Shown here: positions 9,396 through 18,145 of the stretch, piece by piece
How the letters are laid out: every line of letters begins with the position of its first letter
Position numbering within the stretch: the stretch's first letter is position 1
IMG/VR virus record: IMGVR_UViG_3300008262_000042
Location: 64,803 to 128,802 of that record
Strand: one strand, 5' to 3'
DNA length: 64,000 bases
Source of the DNA: a virus
Lineage: Duplodnaviria > Heunggongvirae > Uroviricota > Caudoviricetes
Notes under the pieces: model-generated
Seen by the model: the letters and a program-made list of their open reading frames with translations, nothing else
What the model was told of the DNA's origin: nothing
The model's database searches: none
Program-made: the position numbers and the translations under genes

Positions 9396-11264
9396 TTACC
9401 TCCCAGCTAATGCTGCTATTTGTGCACCAGTACTAGCTATAGTGGCGCTGTTACTTAATCTTGCTCCTATTGTGGATGATCCGGTTAAGCTAGTTACCGG
9501 AGTATTCCATATTTCGTTTGATACATTATAATTCGATGATATTAGTGTTGCACTACCTGTGTATATGTCTACCGGTACACCAAACGCTACAGATGATGTA
9601 GATGGTACAATCATTGTGCCTACCAATGCACCTGATGCATATGTTATGCCTTGTCTAACATCAGACGGTGATGGTACCCCTGATATTAGGTCTGTGCTAT
9701 ATAGTGTTTTGTTAACTGATACGCTCGGTGACGTAAATGTCCAATACGTAGCACTACCTGTTACTATTGTTAGTTTTGGTCCATAGAATGGTTGTATGCC
9801 TGTTGGTCCTGTGATGAATGGACCCGTGAGGCGGTTGGTGGCTGATGTTGATGTTGATGATATACCTACTGCACCTGAGCCGCCAGTTACTGTACCATTC
9901 ACATTTAGTACTGAAGCACCTGTTAGTGAGATGCCTGATGCTGCTCCGCCTGTTACAGACCCTGATACGTTCAGTGTTATGGCTGTTGCTGATGATATGC
10001 CTACGGCTGAAGCGCCATTTATACTGCCTGATATATTTACTGTTGGAGTTGAAGCTATATTAATAGCAGTTGCGGCAGTAGCACCTGAGCCACCTGTCAC
10101 TGAGCCAGTTACTGTTAATGATGTGCCTGAAAAATTGATACCGTGGTTTGTTGCAGTGGGGGAACCGCCTGTTACATTTCCTATAACAGTTAAACTTCCC
10201 GCTGTTTGAGATAGTCCCATATGTCGGGAATTACTATTAACCAAACTTCCAACTATATTACCTATAATGACTGTGTTTCCATTATTTGATAATAAGGCAT
10301 AACTGTCATTAAAAGTAGCACTATTAGTTATTCCTAATAGATTACCTCTCACTGTAATAGTTCCTGTTGATGTTTTATTAATACAGACTGCATTTGTAGT
10401 AGCTCCTCCTATAAAACTACTTCCAGTAATAATAAAATCACAAGCGCCTGTATGGTTTATTATTTGTGATGTAACGAAATTTAAACCTGCTATATTTGCG
10501 AATGGCGCACTAATATTCACAGTACCGGTAGTTGCTGTTACTGTTATCAAGTTAGTTGCACCAGCACTAATACCAGCAGCAACGCTAGCAGATATGCTTC
10601 CGCTATTGAAATTGAATGCTCCACCTGAGAAGTTTCCTGCGCCTGAGCCTGTTGATTCTGTTAGTTCGAGTTCATTTACTTGAGGAGAAACTCCTGTATT
10701 CGTCGTTAAAGTTATGTTTAACCTATAAAACGTATACGATAATGGGTTTGCTAATATTGCACTTGTATATACAGCGCTTGCTGCAAGAGAAGCTGTTACT
10801 GTATCTAATACTGTAAAAGTTATATTATTATTACTTCCTTCAAAGGTCCATTGTCTGGGGACAGCATTACCGGAATTTGGCATCCTTATAGCATACCTTT
10901 TAATATTTCTTGCTGTTGGAAATTCGTATGTTAGTATGCCTATATTAGCTGTATTACTTGCCCATGTTGTATTTGTATTTTGATCAAATGCTCTCCAAGG
11001 CTCAAATCCGCTTTGGAACGAACTAGCATATACAAATCCACTTGGTGTAGCATTACTTGTCATTGGTGGAGTTGTAATGTTGTCTACTATAAGCGGTGTT
11101 GTAGTACTGTTTAAGCTTTTAACACTTACACTTTGATCCATATTGACAGTATAGCTATTTGTATACACGTCATCCTCACCATTAGGAAATCCTAATTCGT
11201 AGAAGCCATTCCACGTTGAGCCAGTTGACCAGTTACCACTTTGTATTGCAAACCTTATTGCCAT
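9396..11264 (-). CDS. Tail fibre/adhesin paralogue 4 with discoidin-like domain
   Basis: 622 aa; PRQWTFEGSNNNITFTVLD...YTFYRLNIT; same N-cap, linker and C-terminal motifs as the other paralogues. Confidence 0.75.
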   Translation of the reverse strand: MAIRFAIQSGNWSTGSTWNGFYELGFPNGEDDVYTNSYTVNMDQSVSVKSLNSTTTPLIVDNITTPPMTSNATPSGFVYASSFQSGFEPWRAFDQNTNTTWASNTANIGILTYEFPTARNIKRYAIRMPNSGNAVPRQWTFEGSNNNITFTVLDTVTASLAASAVYTSAILANPLSYTFYRLNITLTTNTGVSPQVNELELTESTGSGAGNFSGGAFNFNSGSISASVAAGISAGATNLITVTATTGTVNISAPFANIAGLNFVTSQIINHTGACDFIITGSSFIGGATTNAVCINKTSTGTITVRGNLLGITNSATFNDSYALLSNNGNTVIIGNIVGSLVNSNSRHMGLSQTAGSLTVIGNVTGGSPTATNHGINFSGTSLTVTGSVTGGSGATAATAINIASTPTVNISGSINGASAVGISSATAITLNVSGSVTGGAASGISLTGASVLNVNGTVTGGSGAVGISSTSTSATNRLTGPFITGPTGIQPFYGPKLTIVTGSATYWTFTSPSVSVNKTLYSTDLISGVPSPSDVRQGITYASGALVGTMIVPSTSSVAFGVPVDIYTGSATLISSNYNVSNEIWNTPVTSLTGSSTIGARLSNSATIASTGAQIAALAGR

Positions 11265-11265
11265 A

Positions 11266-11499
11266 TTAGCTATATATTACACTAGCTCTATTGCTCCATG
11301 CTACGTTTTGTGCAGTAGCTGTTGCAACAGAACCAGAATCACTTATTGTTAATCTTGTTATTGACCATACACTATCACTTTCGGATGCACCTGAGTTGGC
11401 ATATCCTGCGTATTGCGTTACACTGCTTGTTCCGTCGTAGCGACGTGTAAGTGTGTTTGCAAACGGTATTGATGTTGTTGTAGAAGTTCCTTGTGCCAT
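11266..11499 (-). CDS. Small virion-type protein, paralogue B
   Basis: 77 aa paralogue of 7745..8047. Confidence 0.7.
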   Translation of the reverse strand: MAQGTSTTTSIPFANTLTRRYDGTSSVTQYAGYANSGASESDSVWSITRLTISDSGSVATATAQNVAWSNRASVIYS

Positions 11500-11502
11500 T
11501 TA

Positions 11503-11832
11503 TTATGTTGTTGTTACTTCTTGTCCAAATAAATTAAATGAGCTTGATACTGATGAAGCTACAGTTACTACGTCTGTAGCAGCCATCGTTATACCAAACG
11601 TTGCTGCAAAGGTATCGTTAGCTGGTAGCGATACATTCTTATAGATGTAGTGTTTATCTTCTATAGCAGATCCACTTACTCTGATAGCTACATCGAACGT
11701 TCCTGATCCCGCAGTTAGGTTTGCTACTGTGAGTGTTGATACTACTGTTTGTTTCAATGCAGGTACAGTGTATAAATCTACTGCGCTACCTGTTGATACT
11801 ATCTGTCCTAATACTTTTGCTACGTTTGGCAT
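11503..11832 (-). CDS. Small beta-rich virion structural protein
   Basis: 109 aa all-beta pattern (LYTVPA..TVVSTL.VAN...FG.E) typical of small fibre-associated phage proteins. Confidence 0.6.
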   Translation of the reverse strand: MPNVAKVLGQIVSTGSAVDLYTVPALKQTVVSTLTVANLTAGSGTFDVAIRVSGSAIEDKHYIYKNVSLPANDTFAATFGITMAATDVVTVASSVSSSFNLFGQEVTTT

Positions 11833-11836
11833 ATTG

Positions 11837-12253
11837 TTATCCTCCCATTAATAGGAATATTTGTTGAAAATTGTCGTTTGATGCACCACCACCTATTGCT
11901 GATGATGCGGTGTAAAAGAATTGACCGGATGATGTGTTGTACATTATCACGTGTCCAGATCCAGTTCCATCAGTTACGCCGTTTACTGTTAGTGATCCGC
12001 TTATTGTTGTGTCAGTATTTACTCTAAATCCATTATTCGGTGATATAGATGCAGATACTGATCCTGATGATATTTGGGATAAGTTTAGGCCTACGATACC
12101 TGATGCTGGTATGTCGTATAGGTTTGCTCCTGAGCCTGAGAAACTAGATGATACAGATTGGGCTACTATACGTTCTGTGACGTTTAATGAGCCTGTTACA
12201 GTGGAGTTATTTAGCGCAATTATACCGTTGCGCGCTACGAATTCATTAGCCAT
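11837..12253 (-). CDS. Fibre-associated protein
   Basis: MANEFVARNG N-terminus, S/G-rich, ends QQIFLLMGG. Confidence 0.6.
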   Translation of the reverse strand: MANEFVARNGIIALNNSTVTGSLNVTERIVAQSVSSSFSGSGANLYDIPASGIVGLNLSQISSGSVSASISPNNGFRVNTDTTISGSLTVNGVTDGTGSGHVIMYNTSSGQFFYTASSAIGGGASNDNFQQIFLLMGG

Positions 12254-12309
12254 GTTTTGTATTTTAGTTTTCCCTATCCAACCAAATACTCAGTAATAAA
12301 TATGTTAAG

Positions 12310-12807
12310 TTAGATAAAAGTGCCAAGCATTTTTACAGTCCAACCAGATGATAATGCGTCAGCATTTACTTGAATATCGTTACCAATAAGCGTTGCTGTG
12401 AAAGATATATCTAAAGTATTTCCTATGTCTGTTGTTGATACATCTGTGTATACTACTGGTAGACTATCGTTCCATACAGCCATAAATTCACCTGCTCGTG
12501 CATTTGTGCTCTTATGTATTGTATATTTTCCAAAGAATGCTGTATAGGAACCAGTTGGTGTGCTGTATATGTTGTTTGATCCAACAATAGTTGATAATGC
12601 AGACTGTACGTTTGTTGCTGTACCATCTATATGTAGTGTACTGGTTACAGTAAAGTTGGAGCTGCTTTGTGCATTTATAGCATTTATAGCATTAGATGAT
12701 GATACAGCCCATGAAGCAGTACCATACAGGCTTCCGGAGAAAGCAACTGCTGTTACCGTATCTTGTACGCTAAGCGAAGAGGTTACTATGGGTTGAAATA
12801 TTCTCAT
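12310..12807 (-). CDS. Fibre-associated protein
   Basis: Contains the FSGSLYGTASWA connector shared with the larger fibres. Confidence 0.6.
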   Translation of the reverse strand: MRIFQPIVTSSLSVQDTVTAVAFSGSLYGTASWAVSSSNAINAINAQSSSNFTVTSTLHIDGTATNVQSALSTIVGSNNIYSTPTGSYTAFFGKYTIHKSTNARAGEFMAVWNDSLPVVYTDVSTTDIGNTLDISFTATLIGNDIQVNADALSSGWTVKMLGTFI

Positions 12808-12808
12808 T

Positions 12809-15800
12809 TTATGCTATCTGTGTTACTGTTGTTATTATTGATGGTATAGCTGGTACACTTCCTGCAGCTGCTACTGCTCTAAATATAGGCGCATCTGCGT
12901 CGTATAATTTCATCACTTCAAAATAATCTCCTGCACTAGCACTTACTACATGATTTAAAGCCAGATAGTGATACTCTGCTCTTCCTTGAAAGAAAACTGT
13001 ACTATTACTAACATTAGTTCCATTTTTTCTTAGCCATAAATACACATTTGTAGTAACATTAGTAGTTATCTCAACAGTTGTTGTTGCTGTTATATTGTAT
13101 ACTCCACCGTGTGGGATGGTAATTCTACTTCCGCTTACTATATTAACTCCTTGTGAATATACCGTCGTATCATAGTTAAAAGATGATGTTACGTTTACAC
13201 TTCCTGATTGTGATGTTGTACTGCTAAACTGACCGTAGTTGTATTGCTTTGTACCGTTTACATAAAATCCATCGTTTAGATTTAATACTGATCCTGAGTT
13301 TAATGTTAATGACCCTGTTATTACTGTATCACCTACTTGTGTAAGTGTACCTACGTGTGTTAGCGATCCGCTAATATACCCAAATGATCCAGTTGCTGCA
13401 TTAAATGATCCACTACCTAATAGTTGCATACCACCAGCTGATAGTAATATATTACCTCCTACATTTGAAATAAGAGTTGATGGGTTACCAGGCACATCTG
13501 ATTCTATACTGATTGATCCTGATTTTACAAATATGTCTTTCCACGGATTAGTTGCTGATCCTAAGCTAAATGAACTAGATACTGCTGGTATAATACTTCC
13601 GGCCATACTCACGCTGCCAGATATACCAACGCTACCAGTAAATACAGCGGGGCCTATGTTGGTAAATGTAGATGAACCTGATATTGTAAGTGATCCAGTT
13701 ACGCTGTAACTTCCTGTTAGTGCTTTTGAATTTGTCCAAAGAGATGCGCTATAAACCAATAGATCACCGTTACTCTCTGATGTTGTTCTTACATCATGTA
13801 GCTCTGTTAATTCAAAACCGTTTACTATGTTTACATAGATAACGCCTGTGGTAGCATTGTTTACTACTACAACACCTAATCTAACTTCGTGTAATGGAGC
13901 ATCAGGTGCTACATCTGTAAAAGTACCACTAGATGATAAAAATAATCTACTACCAACAGCTATACCGTTTGTGTTTATATTTGTTATTAACCCATTTGTT
14001 ATAACGTAGCCGTGTCTATTACCACCAGAGCCTGATATTGTTGTTGCTGCGAATCCTATTGTGCTTGCTGATGATGGATCTATTTCCCAGCTAGCTGTAG
14101 CTACTGTAGGTGTATTTCCTTGAGCTCCGTTTATATACACTATCTTACCTGCCTGTATATCCGCTCCTGTATTATTGTAAACTCTAACAACATTCTGATG
14201 TCCAACGTCAATACTGAAGTTGGGGCTTTCAGTATCAAGCTGCAATGTTTTTACTGTATCATCCCAATGTACACGACCTTCTAAATGAGATGGGTTAGTT
14301 GTTGTATTAAAATCAATATAATCTACTGTTGAGATTGATCCCGATACTACTAGATTTTGCGAATATGACGCTGTTTGAGCGTATGAAGCGCTTAGTGCAT
14401 TTAAAGTGTATGATGCTGTTGTAGCAAATGATGCTGTTCCTAATAATGAACCAGTAGCACCATTCACTAAAATCATACTACCGCTTATTGTTTGTGTACC
14501 TCTAAATATATTAGAACCAGTAGTCGCTAATGATGCGCTTTTAGCTACAAATATAGGATCTGTCTCAGCATAATAAGATGCCGTGTCTGCGTATGTAGCT
14601 AATAAAGAATATGAAGATGATAATGCATTTCCTGTTACGCCTCCAACAGATGCTATTGCAAATCCACTTTCTAAAGTTGGGAATGTAATTATTGCACTTG
14701 CAGTATCTATTAGTTGTATTGATTCTGGTATTACTTGATTATAATTTGAATCAAATACATTTATAATTGGAGTTCTAACGCCTAGATTATGAGTGAAATT
14801 CCAAGTATTTGAGTTACTAAATGATTGTGTTACATTAGAACCAGATAATATTGTTACACCTCCTACTCCAGTAGCAATCACTGTTACATTACCTACTCCT
14901 GTCGATGGTATTAATGATACTCCAGATCCTGCTATAAGTTGTGTTACGCCTCCGTTTGCCGCTATACCTGCTGTTTGTGCATAGCCAGCAAAGTCTGAAT
15001 TAATTGCATGAGAGGATGATATTATATTTTTAGCCCAACTAGCAGTTCCTTCTAAGCTACCTGTTAAGTTAGGTGCGTTTAATCTTGTATTAACATCAAC
15101 ATCGTTAGACGGTGTTATTGTTACAAGCGGATTTATACTAGAACTATTGAATAAATGTAGATTATATCCATCATTTATATTTCCTATCCACATATCATGA
15201 CCATGCGAATAGAGATAAGAATCATTTGCATCACCCAAGAAACCAGCATAGTTCTGGCTGTTGATACCCATGTCAATGTAGTTGTCTAATTCACTACCGT
15301 TATTGGCAGTTGCAACTACATCTGATGATGCGTTTGGTCCTTGGTTTGTATTTTGAATGTTTAGCTGTAGATAGTTATCTAAGTTACCTTTACCACTTAT
15401 TACATTAATTGATGATGTGCTCGGTTGCCAAACATATAAAGCTTCAGGATTGGCTTCTGTTGCTGCATCTTGGTTTATGATAACAGTTGAAGAGCCTGAT
15501 TGGTATAATGAACTTGTTGCTAGTGTTGTATCTGTAATAAAATAAGGTATATGCGGTGCTTTACCACCTAATATATTTGACGCTGTTGCAGCATTAGTTG
15601 CATTTACGGCATAGGATGATGACAGAGCATATGAAGCACTCACAGCATTTAAGACGTAGCTAGCAGTTTGAGCTAGTTCTACGTAAGAGGCTGTGTTTGA
15701 ATACGATGCACTTACAGCGTTTAAAACATAAGAGGCTGTACTGGCGTATGATGCACTTTGTGCTTGTTGTATATAACTTGCTGTCTGAGCTAACACTACG

Positions 15801-16216
15801 TAAGACGCTGTTTGTGCATTTTTTACATAGCTTGCTGTAGCTGCGGTTCCTAGTAACGACCCTGTGAAAGAGCCTGTGAATGATCCGGTGTTGTATGATG
15901 ATGTAAAAGCATTAAAGGATGCTGTTGTAGCAAATGTACCTGATACTGCTGTAAAGACTGGGTCTGTTTCGTTGTAGTTTTGTGCCCAACTAGCCGTTCC
16001 TTGTAGAGAGCCGGTAAATGTACCCCTAAAACTTCCTGAAAATGAACCAGATGAAAGCCCAATTGGTACTACTTCAATCCCACTAGAACCTGATTTTTTC
16101 ATATAAGCCAAACCATCATATGTATTAAGTGCTATCTCACCAAAATCAATAGATTCTGTTGTGGGAATTTTGCCTGGTACGCCACTACGACGTAGCTTAA
16201 GATACTGGTTTGACAT
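12809..16216 (-). CDS. Long tail fibre protein
   Basis: 1135 aa. N-terminal LKLRRSGVPGKIP....FGEIALNTYDG resembles the T4 gp37-type N-terminus; TASY repeats; WNFTHNLG module; C-terminal C1q/TNF-like beta domain (GVYNI...WLRKNG...AGDYFEV). Confidence 0.8.
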   Translation of the reverse strand: MSNQYLKLRRSGVPGKIPTTESIDFGEIALNTYDGLAYMKKSGSSGIEVVPIGLSSGSFSGSFRGTFTGSLQGTASWAQNYNETDPVFTAVSGTFATTASFNAFTSSYNTGSFTGSFTGSLLGTAATASYVKNAQTASYVVLAQTASYIQQAQSASYASTASYVLNAVSASYSNTASYVELAQTASYVLNAVSASYALSSSYAVNATNAATASNILGGKAPHIPYFITDTTLATSSLYQSGSSTVIINQDAATEANPEALYVWQPSTSSINVISGKGNLDNYLQLNIQNTNQGPNASSDVVATANNGSELDNYIDMGINSQNYAGFLGDANDSYLYSHGHDMWIGNINDGYNLHLFNSSSINPLVTITPSNDVDVNTRLNAPNLTGSLEGTASWAKNIISSSHAINSDFAGYAQTAGIAANGGVTQLIAGSGVSLIPSTGVGNVTVIATGVGGVTILSGSNVTQSFSNSNTWNFTHNLGVRTPIINVFDSNYNQVIPESIQLIDTASAIITFPTLESGFAIASVGGVTGNALSSSYSLLATYADTASYYAETDPIFVAKSASLATTGSNIFRGTQTISGSMILVNGATGSLLGTASFATTASYTLNALSASYAQTASYSQNLVVSGSISTVDYIDFNTTTNPSHLEGRVHWDDTVKTLQLDTESPNFSIDVGHQNVVRVYNNTGADIQAGKIVYINGAQGNTPTVATASWEIDPSSASTIGFAATTISGSGGNRHGYVITNGLITNINTNGIAVGSRLFLSSSGTFTDVAPDAPLHEVRLGVVVVNNATTGVIYVNIVNGFELTELHDVRTTSESNGDLLVYSASLWTNSKALTGSYSVTGSLTISGSSTFTNIGPAVFTGSVGISGSVSMAGSIIPAVSSSFSLGSATNPWKDIFVKSGSISIESDVPGNPSTLISNVGGNILLSAGGMQLLGSGSFNAATGSFGYISGSLTHVGTLTQVGDTVITGSLTLNSGSVLNLNDGFYVNGTKQYNYGQFSSTTSQSGSVNVTSSFNYDTTVYSQGVNIVSGSRITIPHGGVYNITATTTVEITTNVTTNVYLWLRKNGTNVSNSTVFFQGRAEYHYLALNHVVSASAGDYFEVMKLYDADAPIFRAVAAAGSVPAIPSIITTVTQIA
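15640..15850 (-). repeat. In-frame TASY(V/I/A)xxA tandem repeats in long fibre
   Basis: Protein TASYVKNAQTASYVVLAQTASYIQQAQSASYASTASYVLNAVSASY...; boundaries approximate. Confidence 0.8.
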
Positions 16217-16379
16217 ATGTCAGGTATGGATTAGTATGTACTAATATTATGTATAGCTATGTAGCTAGTAATAAATATGCTATTAATGTGTTCTCTCTAT
16301 ATTTGCTGCCAAGTTCCTATCCAAATAAACATTCCTATCTTTATTTTACCGTTTCTGTTAAATACGTAAAGTAAACCGC

Positions 16380-17825
16380 TTATGGTGGAGTTACGGGGAT
16401 GAGGGATGCATATGTCCAACCTGTTGCTCCATTTCCGGTGAATACATAAAATAGGTTGTTTATTGGATCTATAAACATAGAACCAATCTTAGGATTTAAA
16501 GGAAATATTATTCCGCCTTGAGAATCATTGCACGGTATCATTATCGATCCACTTCCGTTTGAATCTACATCTACTGTGAAGCCATCTTTTCTAGAAGTAT
16601 CATCTAATCCTATACCTACTACGAAATATGATGTGTCGTTGTTGTGTTGGTTATATTGGCCTGATACGTGTTGGTATGAACCTGATGCGATAGTTCCTTG
16701 TCCTTCTGCATGTGAACCGAATCCTATGGTTACTGCTCCTGCTCCTTCTGCATGAGAATAATCTCCAAATGCCAAAGCGCTGAGGCCCTCTACATGGGAA
16801 CTATCGCCTATGGCCATAGTACTAGAGCCTTCTGCATGTGAACCCACGCCTATAGCTTGTGTTAATTGTCCTTCTGCATGCGAATATGATCCTGTAGCTA
16901 GCGTTAAATAACCTTCAGCATGTGAATAAATGCCTGATGCTACAGCCCCTGTACCTTCTGCATGTGAACCTTCACTCCTAGCCCTTGTAAGACGACCTTC
17001 TGCATGTGACCAGTTAGCGCTCGCGGTAGTCAAATAACCTTCAGCATGAGAATAAGCGCCTGACGCATATGTCATATTGCCTTCTACATGTGATCCCTCT
17101 CCTATTGCTTGTGTAGAGTTTCCTTCAGCATGGGAATAGTCTCCTATTGTTTGTGTACTATAGCCTTCTGCATGTGAGTAACCTCCTATTGCTTGTGCGC
17201 CCCAACCTTCTGCATGTGAAAAACCGCCTATCGCTTGCGTAACAATACCTTCAGCGTGTGAGTAATTTCCCATTGCTTGTGTACTATTACCTTCAGCATG
17301 TGAGTAACTTCCCACTGCTTGTGTACTATTACCTTCAGCATGTGAGTAAGAGCCTGATGCTACTGTGTCTGTTCCTTCAGCATGTGAATAATCGCCAGAT
17401 GCAACTGTATTAGATCCTTCTGTATGCGAATATGCTCCTATAGCTTCAGTTGTATACCCATGTTGTAGGCTTTGACTTTCATATATATATTTAAACGCTT
17501 CACTGCCAAAGAGAGTACTTCCACTATTAAATTGAATTTGAGTATCAGATCCGCCTGGTATAGCTGGACTACTTGGTGCCCAAGAAGCTGATATAGCAAA
17601 GCTAGAAGTACCTCGTAATGAACCAGTTATACTAATGGCATTTAAGCTTCCAGATATATCTACAGATCCACTTAAAAGAACACCATTATTTTTAAGATAT
17701 AATCCGCTAGCGCTTCCACTACCATCCGTAATATTTTTAAAAGCATTAGTTACTAAACCATTATCGTCTGTTTTTAACAACGATTGGTATGTGTCTTTAA
17801 TTTTTTGTCCAGTTAATGATGACAT
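16380..17825 (-). CDS. YadA-head-like repeat fibre/adhesin
   Basis: 481 aa with 18 consecutive 14-aa SH(A/V/T)EGxxTxAxGxY repeats (Hep_Hag/YadA-head type beta-roll). Confidence 0.8.
   Translation of the reverse strand: MSSLTGQKIKDTYQSLLKTDDNGLVTNAFKNITDGSGSASGLYLKNNGVLLSGSVDISGSLNAISITGSLRGTSSFAISASWAPSSPAIPGGSDTQIQFNSGSTLFGSEAFKYIYESQSLQHGYTTEAIGAYSHTEGSNTVASGDYSHAEGTDTVASGSYSHAEGNSTQAVGSYSHAEGNSTQAMGNYSHAEGIVTQAIGGFSHAEGWGAQAIGGYSHAEGYSTQTIGDYSHAEGNSTQAIGEGSHVEGNMTYASGAYSHAEGYLTTASANWSHAEGRLTRARSEGSHAEGTGAVASGIYSHAEGYLTLATGSYSHAEGQLTQAIGVGSHAEGSSTMAIGDSSHVEGLSALAFGDYSHAEGAGAVTIGFGSHAEGQGTIASGSYQHVSGQYNQHNNDTSYFVVGIGLDDTSRKDGFTVDVDSNGSGSIMIPCNDSQGGIIFPLNPKIGSMFIDPINNLFYVFTGNGATGWTYASLIPVTPP
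16674..17429 (-). repeat. 18 x 42-bp coding tandem repeat
   Basis: ccttc(a/t)gcatg recurs every 42 bp, in frame within 16380..17825. Confidence 0.9.
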
Positions 17826-17841
17826 AATCTTATATAATTAT

Positions 17842-18144
17842 TTAATATTCTCCTAAATCTATTGTGTCAAAACTACCGCTATCTCCAAATGTATCTACGC
17901 CTTCTATAGTTATTGATCCAGTTGTATATACACTTGATGTTACATATGTAGATCCATGTATTACAAAATCTGGTATATTTGCTCTGCTACCTTCCCAAGT
18001 ACCTAATGCTTCATTCCAATTTTGATCAACATCTTCCCAATTTTGTAAACCCGCAGGAGTTTTAGATCCACTAAGAATTAACTGATCATTATTAGCATCA
18101 TAATGTAAATTGGATAATATTTGTTTTAATTTTAGTTTTGCCAT
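17842..18144 (-). CDS. Hypothetical protein
   Basis: 100 aa, co-oriented in the structural operon. Confidence 0.6.
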   Translation of the reverse strand: MAKLKLKQILSNLHYDANNDQLILSGSKTPAGLQNWEDVDQNWNEALGTWEGSRANIPDFVIHGSTYVTSSVYTTGSITIEGVDTFGDSGSFDTIDLGEY

Positions 18145-18145
18145 A

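Noticed and set aside
3452-11264. Shufflon or invertible fibre system
   Set aside because: All paralogues are co-oriented full genes; no inverted recombination sites or recombinase seen.
12809-16216. DGR target suspected from the gp37/Mtd-like N-terminus
   Set aside because: No reverse transcriptase in the window and no template/variable repeat pair with A-specific mismatches seen; cannot be excluded elsewhere in the genome.
16674-17429. Regularly spaced ~14-bp repeat resembling a CRISPR array
   Set aside because: The period is exactly 42 bp (14 codons), in frame inside an ORF; the spacers are mutually similar; no cas genes.
3459-17856. Long plus-strand ORFs (e.g. 3840..4742, 6103..6534, 8915..9436, 9796..10209)
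   Set aside because: Antisense shadows of G/S/T-rich fibre genes with P/V/A-biased nonsense translations and no motifs.
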